From NCBI GenBank assembly GCA_032249135.1, contig JAVVGL010000014.1:1-57280 (forward strand): DNA of 57,280 bases. Reading direction: 5' to 3'. The number at the start of each line of letters is the position of its first letter. The first letter of the stretch is position 1. The position numbers and the translations under genes are program-made. Shown piece by piece: positions 48,398 through 57,271 of this stretch. Below the pieces are notes generated by a model. That model worked only from the letters and a program-made list of their open reading frames with translations, was not told where the DNA came from and did not search any database. This stretch comes from Candidatus Calescibacterium sp. (GTDB lineage Bacteria; Calescibacteriota; Calescibacteriia; Calescibacteriales; Calescibacteriaceae).

Positions 48398-49240
48398 TTA
48401 TGCTACTATTTCTGTCCCAATTCCTTGGTCTGTAAAAATTTCAAGTAAAACGGAGTGTTGTATTAATCCACTTATTATATGAACTTTTTTCACACCACCC
48501 TCTATTGCTTTTATTGCAAGCCTTACTTTGGGTATCATACCACCATAAATTACTCCCTCTTTTATGAGTTCTTCTGCTTCATTTTTTGTTATTGTTTTTA
48601 ATATTTTACCATCTTTTCCTATTACTCCTTCCTCATCTGTAAGAAGAATCAATTTTTCTGCGGAAATTGAAATTGCTATTTCACAAGCTACTTCATCAGC
48701 GTTTGTGTTCATTGAAATTCCATCTTCTGTTACAGTCACAGATGAAAAAACAGGAATAAAACCAGATTGTATTATTTTTTCTATTATTTCTCTTTTTACT
48801 TGTTTTACTTTTCCAACTCTCCCCTCTACTTTTTCTGAAATTATACAGAAGGAATCTCGTCCTGAAAGACCTACTGCTTTTCCTCCTTTTTTGCAAATTG
48901 ATGAAACAATTTTCCCGTTTATTTTACCATCTAAAATCATTTCAACTACTTCCATGATTTTGTCATCTGTTTTTCTTATTCCTTCTTTAAATTCTGATTT
49001 TATACCTAATTTTTCAAGAAAAGCCGTAATTTCTTTTCCACCACCGTGAACTATGACTGGATTTATTCCAACAAGTGATAAAATCACAATATCTTCTGAT
49101 ATTGAATCAAAAACCTCTTCTGAATCAAGAATTTTTCCCCCTATTTTGAAAACAAAAGTTTTTCCCCTGAATCTAAGAAAGTATGGAATTGCCTCTGTAA
49201 GAACATTTGCTTTATCTGAAAACTCGTTCTTTTTCAGCAT
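48398..49240 (-). CDS. argB: acetylglutamate kinase
   Basis: KIGG, VHGGG, GLSGRD, NTNAD, GGMIPK, EIFTDQGIGT; true start MLKKN at 49240. Confidence 0.95.
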   Translation of the reverse strand: MLKKNEFSDKANVLTEAIPYFLRFRGKTFVFKIGGKILDSEEVFDSISEDIVILSLVGINPVIVHGGGKEITAFLEKLGIKSEFKEGIRKTDDKIMEVVEMILDGKINGKIVSSICKKGGKAVGLSGRDSFCIISEKVEGRVGKVKQVKREIIEKIIQSGFIPVFSSVTVTEDGISMNTNADEVACEIAISISAEKLILLTDEEGVIGKDGKILKTITKNEAEELIKEGVIYGGMIPKVRLAIKAIEGGVKKVHIISGLIQHSVLLEIFTDQGIGTEIVA

Positions 49241-49322
49241 GGAAAATATACAATTATTAGTAAGGAAAATATATAATAGAAAAAAAGAAATTTTCAAATT
49301 TTTTCTCAAAAATAAAACCGAT

Positions 49323-50117
49323 ATGGTAGATTTAAGGGATGAAAGCTGTGTTAATAAGTTAAAAGAGGCTAAAAATAAGCTGTATTGCGTCGGAGTTGGA
49401 CCGGGAGACCCTTCTTTAATAACCATCAGAGGTAAAGAAATAATAGATAGTTCGGAGGTGATTTTTTGTCCTGTAAAATCTGTTCATTCTGAAAGCTTTG
49501 CTCTTGATATAGCAAAAAAAATTTGTGATTTACAAGATAAAGAGATTTACAAGCTTATTTTTCCTATGACAACGAAAGAAGATAAAGCAAAGCCATATTG
49601 GATTTCAGCTTACGAGAAAATCAGAGAAAAAATCTTTGAAGGGAAAAAATGCGTATTTATAGTTGAAGGAGATCCACTTTTATTCTCAACCTTCAACAAC
49701 ATCCTCAATATAATAAAAGAAAGAAATGAATTTGATGTTGAGATTGTACCAGGGATATCATCTTTTCAGATTTTGGCGTCACTCCTTGCAATACCAATTG
49801 GAGATGGCGATGAAATAGTTGTCATAATGCCAGCTTCAATAAAAGAAAAATCAGGTTGCAGGACCGCTGAACTCAGACCTGAATTTGATGAAATACTAAA
49901 ATTAGCCTCCACCATCTTTGTGTTCAAATCAGGAAGAGTAATAGATGAGATAAAAAGGAAGTTGGAAGAGAATAAATCAAAAAATGGAAAATTTCTCGCC
50001 TTCTTCGGTGAGCTCTGCGGAACAGAAAATGAGTTTGTATCTCCCCTGGAAGAACTCAATAAAAAAGAATTTCATTACTTTTCAACTCTCATGATAAAAA
50101 AAATTTCGGAGGATTAA
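49323..50117 (+). CDS. cobI: precorrin-2/cobalt-factor II C20-methyltransferase (CobI/CbiL)
   Basis: GVGPGDPSLIT, FPMT, EGDPLLFST, PGISS, YFST; ATG 49323 preferred. Confidence 0.85.
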   Translation: MVDLRDESCVNKLKEAKNKLYCVGVGPGDPSLITIRGKEIIDSSEVIFCPVKSVHSESFALDIAKKICDLQDKEIYKLIFPMTTKEDKAKPYWISAYEKIREKIFEGKKCVFIVEGDPLLFSTFNNILNIIKERNEFDVEIVPGISSFQILASLLAIPIGDGDEIVVIMPASIKEKSGCRTAELRPEFDEILKLASTIFVFKSGRVIDEIKRKLEENKSKNGKFLAFFGELCGTENEFVSPLEELNKKEFHYFSTLMIKKISED

Positions 50118-50129
50118 AATCAATTTGTT

Positions 50130-51761
50130 ATGACAACAGGAGGAAGACTTATAGGGAAAATATTGAGTAGATATGGGATAAAGCATCTTCATACCCTGTG
50201 CGGAGGACATATAATGGAAATATATGAGGGATGTGCCGATTACGGAGTAAGAGTTGTAGATTACCGACATGAGCAAGCCGCAGTATTCGCAGCAGATGCA
50301 GCTGGAAGGGTCACAGGCTATATAGGTGTTGCAGCCGTCACAGCTGGTCCAGGTGTTATGAATGCTGTCACGGGAATTGCAAACGCTTTCCGTGCTAATT
50401 CACCTCTCATACTTATAGGAGGACAAGCTCCAACTTTCTTTTACGGGAAAGGAGCCCTGCAAGAAATGGATCATGTATCTGTTCTGAAACCTATAACAAA
50501 GTGGGCTGTTCAGGTTCCGGATACAAAATCTATTCCTGAATACATGGCTCGTGCTTTTTCTGCCGCGCTTGACGGTCTCCCAGGACCAGTTTATGTTGAA
50601 GTGCCGATGGATATCATTTTCAATCCAGCAGATGACCTTGAAGCTCTTGAAATCTATTATTCAAGACCAGATGCTTCTCAAAAAATAGCAGATGCAATTT
50701 ACGAAAAGTTGAGAGAATCTAAAAGACCGGTTATACTGCTTGGCTCTGAAATTGCATGGTCAAAGTATAAAAATTCTGTAAGAGAAATTATTGATAAAAT
50801 CGGAGCCCCGGTTTTCGTAAATGGACTTGCCCGTGGCTCTTTGGGTAAAGAGCATCCTTTGCTTTTCAGATTTGCAAGAAAACAAGCCCTCGCCCAAGCA
50901 GACCTTGTGATACTCGCCGGTGTCCCCCTTGATTTCAGACTTGACTATGGTAGATCAATTAATGAAAATGCTTTCCTTGTGAGGCTCGGTCTTGACTCTC
51001 AGGAACTCAAAAGAAATAGAGAAGGAAATATTTCAGAAGTTTGCGATCCACTCTCTGCTTTGGTTAAAGTTGCCCAAAAAGTTGATTGGTCAAGCTCAAA
51101 GTTTTCAGATTGGATAGAAGAGATAAAAAGGTACGAGGAGGAAAGGAAAAGTAAAACTTATGAGGAGGCAAAATCAGATTCTGTACCAATAAATCCTTTG
51201 AGGTTATGTAAAGATGTTGCAGATTTTATAGAATCTTTGGGAGAGAAGGTGATAATTGTGGGCGATGGTGGAGATATAGTCGGTTCTGCTGCTTACTTTT
51301 TAAAGCCAACCCATCTTGGGGGCTGGCTCGACCCTGGACCTCTTGGGACATTAGGGGTTGGTGCTCCTTTTGCTATTGGGGCAAAGTTAGAAAAGCCCGA
51401 TTATGATGTTTTTGTTATTTTCGGAGACGGAGCTTTCGGGTTTAATGGCTTTGAATATGAGACCGCTTGTAGGTTGAAAATTCCATTTGTAGGTGTCATC
51501 GGGAACGATGCTGCATGGACGCAGATAAAAAGAGCACAGGTTCCCATGTATGGGAGAGCGATAGCTACTCAGCTTGAATACACAAGATACGACCTTATGG
51601 TTTCTGCTTTTGGTGGATACGGTGAGTATATTGAAAGACCGCAAGACATTATACCTGCATTAGAGAGAGCTTTGGAATTCTGCCGCCGCGAAAACAAACC
51701 TGCCTGTATTAATGTGAAAATAGGAGAGACTGAATTCAGAAAAGGCTCAATCTCTATGTGA
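50130..51761 (+). CDS. ThDP-dependent enzyme, acetolactate synthase-like / 2-hydroxyacyl-CoA lyase (ILVBL-like)
   Basis: TLCGGHI, RHEQAA, TAGPG, DPGPLGTLG, GDGAFG...GND, C-terminal FRKGSISM. Confidence 0.85.
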   Translation: MTTGGRLIGKILSRYGIKHLHTLCGGHIMEIYEGCADYGVRVVDYRHEQAAVFAADAAGRVTGYIGVAAVTAGPGVMNAVTGIANAFRANSPLILIGGQAPTFFYGKGALQEMDHVSVLKPITKWAVQVPDTKSIPEYMARAFSAALDGLPGPVYVEVPMDIIFNPADDLEALEIYYSRPDASQKIADAIYEKLRESKRPVILLGSEIAWSKYKNSVREIIDKIGAPVFVNGLARGSLGKEHPLLFRFARKQALAQADLVILAGVPLDFRLDYGRSINENAFLVRLGLDSQELKRNREGNISEVCDPLSALVKVAQKVDWSSSKFSDWIEEIKRYEEERKSKTYEEAKSDSVPINPLRLCKDVADFIESLGEKVIIVGDGGDIVGSAAYFLKPTHLGGWLDPGPLGTLGVGAPFAIGAKLEKPDYDVFVIFGDGAFGFNGFEYETACRLKIPFVGVIGNDAAWTQIKRAQVPMYGRAIATQLEYTRYDLMVSAFGGYGEYIERPQDIIPALERALEFCRRENKPACINVKIGETEFRKGSISM

Positions 51762-51871
51762 AGCTATGAGAATCTTTAATTTCAGATTCGTTTTTTATTA
51801 GTTTTTAATTTTTGATTTTCAAGAAAAAACGATTTTCAAGAGAAAAATGATTAGAATATTTTTTTGAAACC

Positions 51872-51964
51872 GGAGAGGTGGCCGAGAGGTCTAAGGCAAC
51901 AGCCTGCTAAGCTGTGGCGGGTTTAAAGCCCGCCTCGCGGGTTCGAATCCCGCCCTCTCCGCCA
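51872..51964 (+). tRNA. tRNA-Ser(GCT)
   Basis: GGAGAGG acceptor, ACAGC-CT-GCT-AA-GCTGT, long variable arm, GGTTCGAATCC, GCCA end. Confidence 0.96.
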
Positions 51965-52010
51965 CACTTGAAATTATCTTCAATTGAAATTACTTTCAAC
52001 TTTACCTTTT

Positions 52011-52826
52011 TCATTTCATTCTCATCTCCATAAACTTCTTTCCGAATTTTGTAAGCAAATTTATAGGTATGAATCTTACCAAAATTGAGTATAGCCAGTT
52101 CTGAAATCCAGGAACATATGGGCTCTTCCCTGATTTTATTGCTCTCCACATAAGCTCAACAGCCTCATTTACATCCATATACTTTTGGAACTGGTATATA
52201 TCTTCTCTTACTCCTGCTCTTTTTTGAAACTCTGTTTTAATCCCACCGGGACAAATTGTTATTACCCTTATGTTTTTGTCTTCAACTTCTCTTCTTATTG
52301 CTTCCGAAAAACTCAAAACGAAAGCTTTTGTTGCCGCGTAAGTTGCAAAATATGGGATTGGAAAAAAACCAGCCAAAGATGAGATATTAACAAGTGTTCC
52401 CCCCTCGCCCTTTTTTATTCTATCTTGTAGAAAGTAGTGTGTAAGCTCTACAAGAACTCTTACATTAAGGTCTATCATTTCAAGTTCTTTTTTTATGTCA
52501 AGGTTATAAAAGGGACCTATTGACCCAAACCCTGCGTTATTGACAAGTGTATCTGGGTTGTAATTTTGAGATATTTGATCATAGAGTTCTTTCAGATTAA
52601 CTTTTGTAAGATCTGCCGGGTATATGTGAGCTTTTCCTCCTTTTTTCTCTATTTCCTCCTTTACTTTGATGAGTTTCTCTTCTGTTCTTGCTATTAAAAT
52701 AACCTCTATACCATTTTCTGCGAATTTTTTGGCAAGCGCCTCTCCTATTCCAAAACTTCCACCTGTTATCAGAGCTACTTTCATCATCGGCTCACCATTC
52801 CTATTGATGTTTCCTTTCTCTCCCAT
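52011..52826 (-). CDS. short-chain dehydrogenase/reductase (DltE-like)
   Basis: TGGSFGIG, NNAGFG, YAATK; GGAGGTG RBS. Confidence 0.92.
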   Translation of the reverse strand: MGEKGNINRNGEPMMKVALITGGSFGIGEALAKKFAENGIEVILIARTEEKLIKVKEEIEKKGGKAHIYPADLTKVNLKELYDQISQNYNPDTLVNNAGFGSIGPFYNLDIKKELEMIDLNVRVLVELTHYFLQDRIKKGEGGTLVNISSLAGFFPIPYFATYAATKAFVLSFSEAIRREVEDKNIRVITICPGGIKTEFQKRAGVREDIYQFQKYMDVNEAVELMWRAIKSGKSPYVPGFQNWLYSILVRFIPINLLTKFGKKFMEMRMK

Positions 52827-52939
52827 GCTTTTACACCTCCTTTATTTTTTGTGTATTCAATAAAAACTATTTATCCGCTTCTGTTTTCATATTTTTTTGA
52901 GAAATTTTAATTTGATTGTTCAAGAAAAAAATTTAAATT

Positions 52940-53251
52940 ATGCGTTTTGTAGTTTTTATAACTGCACCAGATGAAGATGTTGGAGCAAAGATTGCAAGGA
53001 CATTAGTTGAAAAGAAACTCGCAGCTTGCGTCAATATTCTGAAAGTTGCAAGGTCTATTTATAGCTGGCAAGGTAAAATAGAAGACCACCCGGAGGTTCT
53101 TCTTGTTATTAAAACGAAAGAAAAGCTTTTTGATTCAATAGTTCAAGAGGTTGAAAAAATTCATCCCTATACTGTTCCCGAAATTATAGGTTTTGAGATA
53201 AAAAAATCTGCTGAAAAGTACGCAAAATGGTGGGATGAAATGACACTATGA
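52940..53251 (+). CDS. cutA: divalent-cation tolerance protein CutA
   Basis: LAACVN, SIYSWQG, IKT, HPYTVPEI. Confidence 0.95.
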   Translation: MRFVVFITAPDEDVGAKIARTLVEKKLAACVNILKVARSIYSWQGKIEDHPEVLLVIKTKEKLFDSIVQEVEKIHPYTVPEIIGFEIKKSAEKYAKWWDEMTL

Positions 53252-53318
53252 ATCTAAGATTCAGAGAAATTCTTTTGAACAAACTTTCTGACTGATTTAT
53301 TTTACTTCCTGCTTCATT

Positions 53319-54662
53319 TTATTTTCTGATTTCAAGTCCGAAAAAGAAAAATCTTTTGTTGCTGTAAAGGATATTCTCTGCTCCCACAAAGAGAGTAAAT
53401 GGTTTAATCCTACCTCCCAGAATAGTTCTTATATTTGGGAATTGATACCCTATGATTTCTCCCCTGATTAAGGAAAATGGAGGTTCTACTTCTAAATAGA
53501 ATGCTGGAAAACTTCTTATAAAGCCAGCCCCTAACGAGGAAAATAACTCAGGGAAGGATACCCCTAAAACAGAATTGAATCTTATACTACTTTCCCCAGG
53601 AGGAGATACCGGACCGAACTCAAAAAATAAATTCCCTCTTCTCAATTTTGCAAATATTGACTGTGAAGCTAAAAATTCTTCATTCCTTATACCCCCCTCA
53701 AACTTTCCGCCTATTTCAAGCTTTAAAAAAGAGATATTTTTTTCAGCTTCACCTAAAACATTTTCTGTCTTTTGGACTACTTTCTCTGCTCTTGAAGCTA
53801 AATCTTTTATTTTTGGTGAGACAGAATTTATGTCATCTATTATGTTTTTTATTTTCTCTTTATCTTCCCCCATCAGTGAAATAATCCCTTCTTTCTCCAA
53901 AGAAGCCAAGAGTTTCTGGATATTTTCTGAGGATTTCAAGAGCCTTTCTGAGATTTCCCTCGCATTTTTTGTTATCTCTTTTATATCGTCCGAAGATTTA
54001 TTTACACTTTCCAAAACCTTCGGTTGTATTTTGTTGAAAGTTTCGTTGATCTCCATTATCAATCTTTTTATATCTCTGATGAGCTCTTCGGTTTCGCTTG
54101 AAATTTTACTCAAACTCTCTGCCGTTTTTTGGATGGACCTTGATTGGTTGATATCAGATACTATTGAGTTGAGATTTTCTGCAAGCTTTCTTATAGATTT
54201 CATAGTTTCCGAAAATTCAAAGAGAGCTTGACCTATATCACTGGCTATTTGAGATATTTCTGATTCGCTTTTTTCCAAAATTATCACATCTCCGTCTTTT
54301 AAAATTTCTTGTGATTCTCCTTGTTCTATGGAAACGAACCTATCTCCTAAAACTCCTTTCATTTTGAGCTGAAACTTTGCGTCTTTTCTGATTTTTACTC
54401 CACCTTTTATTTGAAGTGTAATTATAGCATTTTTACCGTCCTCAGATAAGTCAATTTTTGAAATTTTGCCTATCTGGACGCCGCTCAAAACAACAGGACT
54501 TCCAACCCCTAAACCTTCTGCTGACGATGAAACAAGCTTTATTGTATATCCCCTAAACTCCCCAACTTTGAGTATTTTTCGTATTGTGAATACTCCCGCA
54601 GCTATTCCAAGTGCAATAAATACCAAAGTCAGAATAAAAGATAATTTTGGAAAGCCTAACAC
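53319..54662 (-). CDS. MlaD/MCE family protein
   Basis: TM anchor, GLGVGSPVVLSGVQIGKI, GVLGDRFVSI, long helical region, beta-rich C-terminus. Confidence 0.88.
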   Translation of the reverse strand: MLGFPKLSFILTLVFIALGIAAGVFTIRKILKVGEFRGYTIKLVSSSAEGLGVGSPVVLSGVQIGKISKIDLSEDGKNAIITLQIKGGVKIRKDAKFQLKMKGVLGDRFVSIEQGESQEILKDGDVIILEKSESEISQIASDIGQALFEFSETMKSIRKLAENLNSIVSDINQSRSIQKTAESLSKISSETEELIRDIKRLIMEINETFNKIQPKVLESVNKSSDDIKEITKNAREISERLLKSSENIQKLLASLEKEGIISLMGEDKEKIKNIIDDINSVSPKIKDLASRAEKVVQKTENVLGEAEKNISFLKLEIGGKFEGGIRNEEFLASQSIFAKLRRGNLFFEFGPVSPPGESSIRFNSVLGVSFPELFSSLGAGFIRSFPAFYLEVEPPFSLIRGEIIGYQFPNIRTILGGRIKPFTLFVGAENILYSNKRFFFFGLEIRK

Positions 54663-54717
54663 ACTAATTTAAATTTAATTACAAAACTAATTTTTTTTAC
54701 TGTTAAATTTTCTTCGG

Positions 54718-57015
54718 TTAGATTACCTTTCCGAGTCCTATTATTTTTCCTTCTACAAGGCTCTTTCCCATTGCTTGACGAGAGAGAACAGGAATTTTAT
54801 CTCCTCTTATGTATTTTACTCCAATTTTTCCATCTTTCTCGTAGGTTATACAAACTTCATCTTCCTCATTTATGAATATTGCATCTTTTACTTTACCTGC
54901 CTTTTCAGTTGGTGTGAGCATAATTCCCATACCACCTTTATTTTGAATTTTGAGCTCAGAAGCTCTCACAGCTTTTATAAGCTCTTCTGTTGCAACAACA
55001 ATAAGATTATCTTCTTTTCCTTTCGCAAGGACACATAAAGCAGAATCATCTTGTGCAAGTTCTATTGCTTTTGATACTCTTGCCGTAATATCGTTTTCTT
55101 CAACCCCTAAAATCATTCCTTTTTCTGTTACGAAGAAAATTTTATCGCCTTCGGAGCATTCTACAGCGTCTCTGAGCTCATCCCCCTCTGATAGTTCAAA
55201 AACTACATCACCTCTTGCTGTCATATCGTACACCTCTTTGAGTCTAAACTTTTTAGCAAAACCTTTCTTTGTGAGAAGTATGAGGAACTTCTGTTCATCA
55301 GCTGGACCGACATATATTACTTCTTCATCTTTTGAGAGCCTAACAAGAGCTTTTGCAGGCGTTCCTCTTTCTGACCAACCTTTCAATTTTGATATTTTCG
55401 CCCTATAAACTTTTCCAAGATTGCTGACTACTGTAAGGTCTTCTGATGCAAAAAATGAGCTCTTTACGGGCAACCTTCTTATTTTTTCTGTTTTTGCAAA
55501 AACATTAACATAAAAGTCGTGAGTAATTACAACTTTTACCTCCTCACTTATAAACTCTTCTTTTATCGGAGGTTCTGTTCTTATTTCGGTTCTTCGCGGA
55601 TCACCGTACTTTTGTTTTATTTCCTCAATCTCTTCCTTTATTACTTTTTTAAGCTCATTCTCATCGCTCAAAATTAGTTTGAGCTTTTCAACAAGATTCT
55701 TTGTCTCTTCGTACTGTTTCATTATGGTTTCTCTTTCAAGCCTGGTAAGTCTTCCGAGCCTCATATCAAGTATAGCTTGGGCTTGTATGTCGGAGAACTT
55801 AAATTTCTTCGTCAAAGTTTCTTTTGCAACTTTTTCGCTCTCGCTCTCCCTTATCGTCTTTATTATATCATCAAGAATACTTATGGCTTTGAGATAACCC
55901 TCAAGGATATGAAGCTGATTTTGAGCTTTTTCAAGTCTGAACTTTGTTCTTTTGAGAACAACTTCTTTCCTCATTTCAATAAAGCTTGAAAGAAGATACA
56001 TAAGGTTTGCCTGAATTGGTTGGATCCCTTGAATTACAAGCATATTAACGAGAAAAGAGTCTTTGAGACCAGCTTTTTCGTAAAGTTGAGCAATTATTGG
56101 TTCAATTTCATACTCTGGTTTGACATCAATTACTATTCTTATACCTGATCTGTCTGATTCATCTGCAACTCTTATTATTCCATCTATTATTTTTTCACTT
56201 GCAAGCTTTGCAATTTTCTCCACTATTTTTGCCTTGTTTTGTTGGTAAGGAATTTCATAAAAAATTATTGATTTTGATTTTTGCCCTTTCTCAACTTTAT
56301 ATCTTGCATAAATTGATATTTGTCCTCTGCCCTCTTTATATACCTCTTTGAGGTCTCCAACAACTATTCCCCCTGTCGGAAAATCGGGACCCTTTATTAT
56401 TTTCAAAATTTCATCCAAGGTAGCTGAAGGTTTATCAATAAGATACAAAATTGCGTCGCAAACTTCTTTGAGGTTATGAGGTGGAATAGAAGTGCTCATA
56501 CCAACTGCTATACCTGATGTTCCATTAACAAGAATGTTCGGGAATCTTGCTGGCAAAAATTTTGGCTCAGTCAAAGATTCATCATAGTTTGGAACAAATT
56601 CCACTGTATTTTCGTGAATATCTTTCAGTAGCTCCTCTGCAAGTGGCGTAAGGCGAGCTTCCGTATATCTCATCGCAGCCGGTTCATCTCCATCTATTGA
56701 GCCGAAATTCCCTTGACCGTCTACCAGTGGATACCTCATAACGAAGTCTTGAGCCATTCTCACAAGTGCATCATAAACTGGCTTATCTCCGTGAGGATGG
56801 TATTTCCCTATACAGCTTCCGACTATTTTTGCGCTCTTTTTAAATTGCGATTTTGAGGTTATACCTTCTTCCCACATCGTCCATATTATTCTTCTTTGAA
56901 CTGGTTTTAGTCCATCTTGAATATCTGGAATTGCTCTGCCTATTATAACGCTCATTGAATAGCTGAGGTAAGAAGACCTGAGCTCCTTTTCTATATCTAC
57001 TTGAACCTGTCTCAT
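54718..57015 (-). CDS. type IIA topoisomerase subunit A (GyrA/ParC)
   Basis: DGLKPVQRR, YHPHGD, GNFGS, AAMRYTE (catalytic Tyr), GPDFPTGG; degenerate pinwheel CTD. Confidence 0.95.
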   Translation of the reverse strand: MRQVQVDIEKELRSSYLSYSMSVIIGRAIPDIQDGLKPVQRRIIWTMWEEGITSKSQFKKSAKIVGSCIGKYHPHGDKPVYDALVRMAQDFVMRYPLVDGQGNFGSIDGDEPAAMRYTEARLTPLAEELLKDIHENTVEFVPNYDESLTEPKFLPARFPNILVNGTSGIAVGMSTSIPPHNLKEVCDAILYLIDKPSATLDEILKIIKGPDFPTGGIVVGDLKEVYKEGRGQISIYARYKVEKGQKSKSIIFYEIPYQQNKAKIVEKIAKLASEKIIDGIIRVADESDRSGIRIVIDVKPEYEIEPIIAQLYEKAGLKDSFLVNMLVIQGIQPIQANLMYLLSSFIEMRKEVVLKRTKFRLEKAQNQLHILEGYLKAISILDDIIKTIRESESEKVAKETLTKKFKFSDIQAQAILDMRLGRLTRLERETIMKQYEETKNLVEKLKLILSDENELKKVIKEEIEEIKQKYGDPRRTEIRTEPPIKEEFISEEVKVVITHDFYVNVFAKTEKIRRLPVKSSFFASEDLTVVSNLGKVYRAKISKLKGWSERGTPAKALVRLSKDEEVIYVGPADEQKFLILLTKKGFAKKFRLKEVYDMTARGDVVFELSEGDELRDAVECSEGDKIFFVTEKGMILGVEENDITARVSKAIELAQDDSALCVLAKGKEDNLIVVATEELIKAVRASELKIQNKGGMGIMLTPTEKAGKVKDAIFINEEDEVCITYEKDGKIGVKYIRGDKIPVLSRQAMGKSLVEGKIIGLGKVI

Positions 57016-57093
57016 AGAACTGATTTTAAAACAAATGAATAAATTTTGAAAAAAAATCTGAATTGTTAATTAATAGGAAATTACCAAATTTTA

Positions 57094-57119
57094 GTTTGCC
57101 ATAAAGCTTTGTCGCAAAC
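57094..57119. promoter_or_regulatory. 26-bp imperfect palindrome (operator or RNA hairpin)
   Basis: GTTTGCCATAAAG|CTTTGTCGCAAAC, 11/13 positions symmetric. Confidence 0.45.
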
Positions 57120-57126
57120 ATTTCAG

Positions 57127-57271
57127 GGCGGCCCTGCAAAGCCATCAGGACCTAACCTGCTCGCTACCCCCTCCCACTTCCCTTGCACCATCACAGGGCG
57201 CAAAGGAGAGAAGTCCCTTACACAGAACCTCCCAAGGAGAGGTATAGCGAAGGCTACCCTCAGAACTCGCC
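57127..57271 (-). ncRNA. unassigned structured RNA, long closing stem plus two hairpins (three-way junction)
   Basis: 59% GC (86/145) island in AT-rich DNA; hand fold pairs most bases, with about 15 G-U pairs possible only on the minus strand. Confidence 0.75.

Noticed and set aside
49053-49426. Apparent long head-to-head overlap of argB and cobI ORFs
   Set aside because: Homology begins at ATG 49240 (argB) and ATG 49323 (cobI); the extensions are ORF-caller artefacts, leaving an 82-bp divergent spacer.
51907-52149. 80-aa minus-strand ORF ending GGEGGIRTREAGFKPATA
   Set aside because: Antisense translation of tRNA-Ser plus an off-frame part of the SDR gene.
53575-54231. 218-aa ORF antisense to mlaD, and many similar Ser/Phe/Ile-rich shadow ORFs across the window
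   Set aside because: Mirror frames of Lys/Glu-rich genes; no motifs or start signals.
57094-57119. dif or parS site
   Set aside because: Does not match the XerC/D dif consensus or parS TGTTTCACGTGAAACA.
57127-57200. Hammerhead (CUGAUG), SRP (AGGUCC..GCAG) or cobalamin riboswitch (AAGGGAA) identity for the GC-rich element
   Set aside because: Only short words match; required partners (CUGAUGA plus correctly placed GAAA, GGAA tetraloop with AGCAG, GCCCCCGC/ACUG B12 box) are absent.
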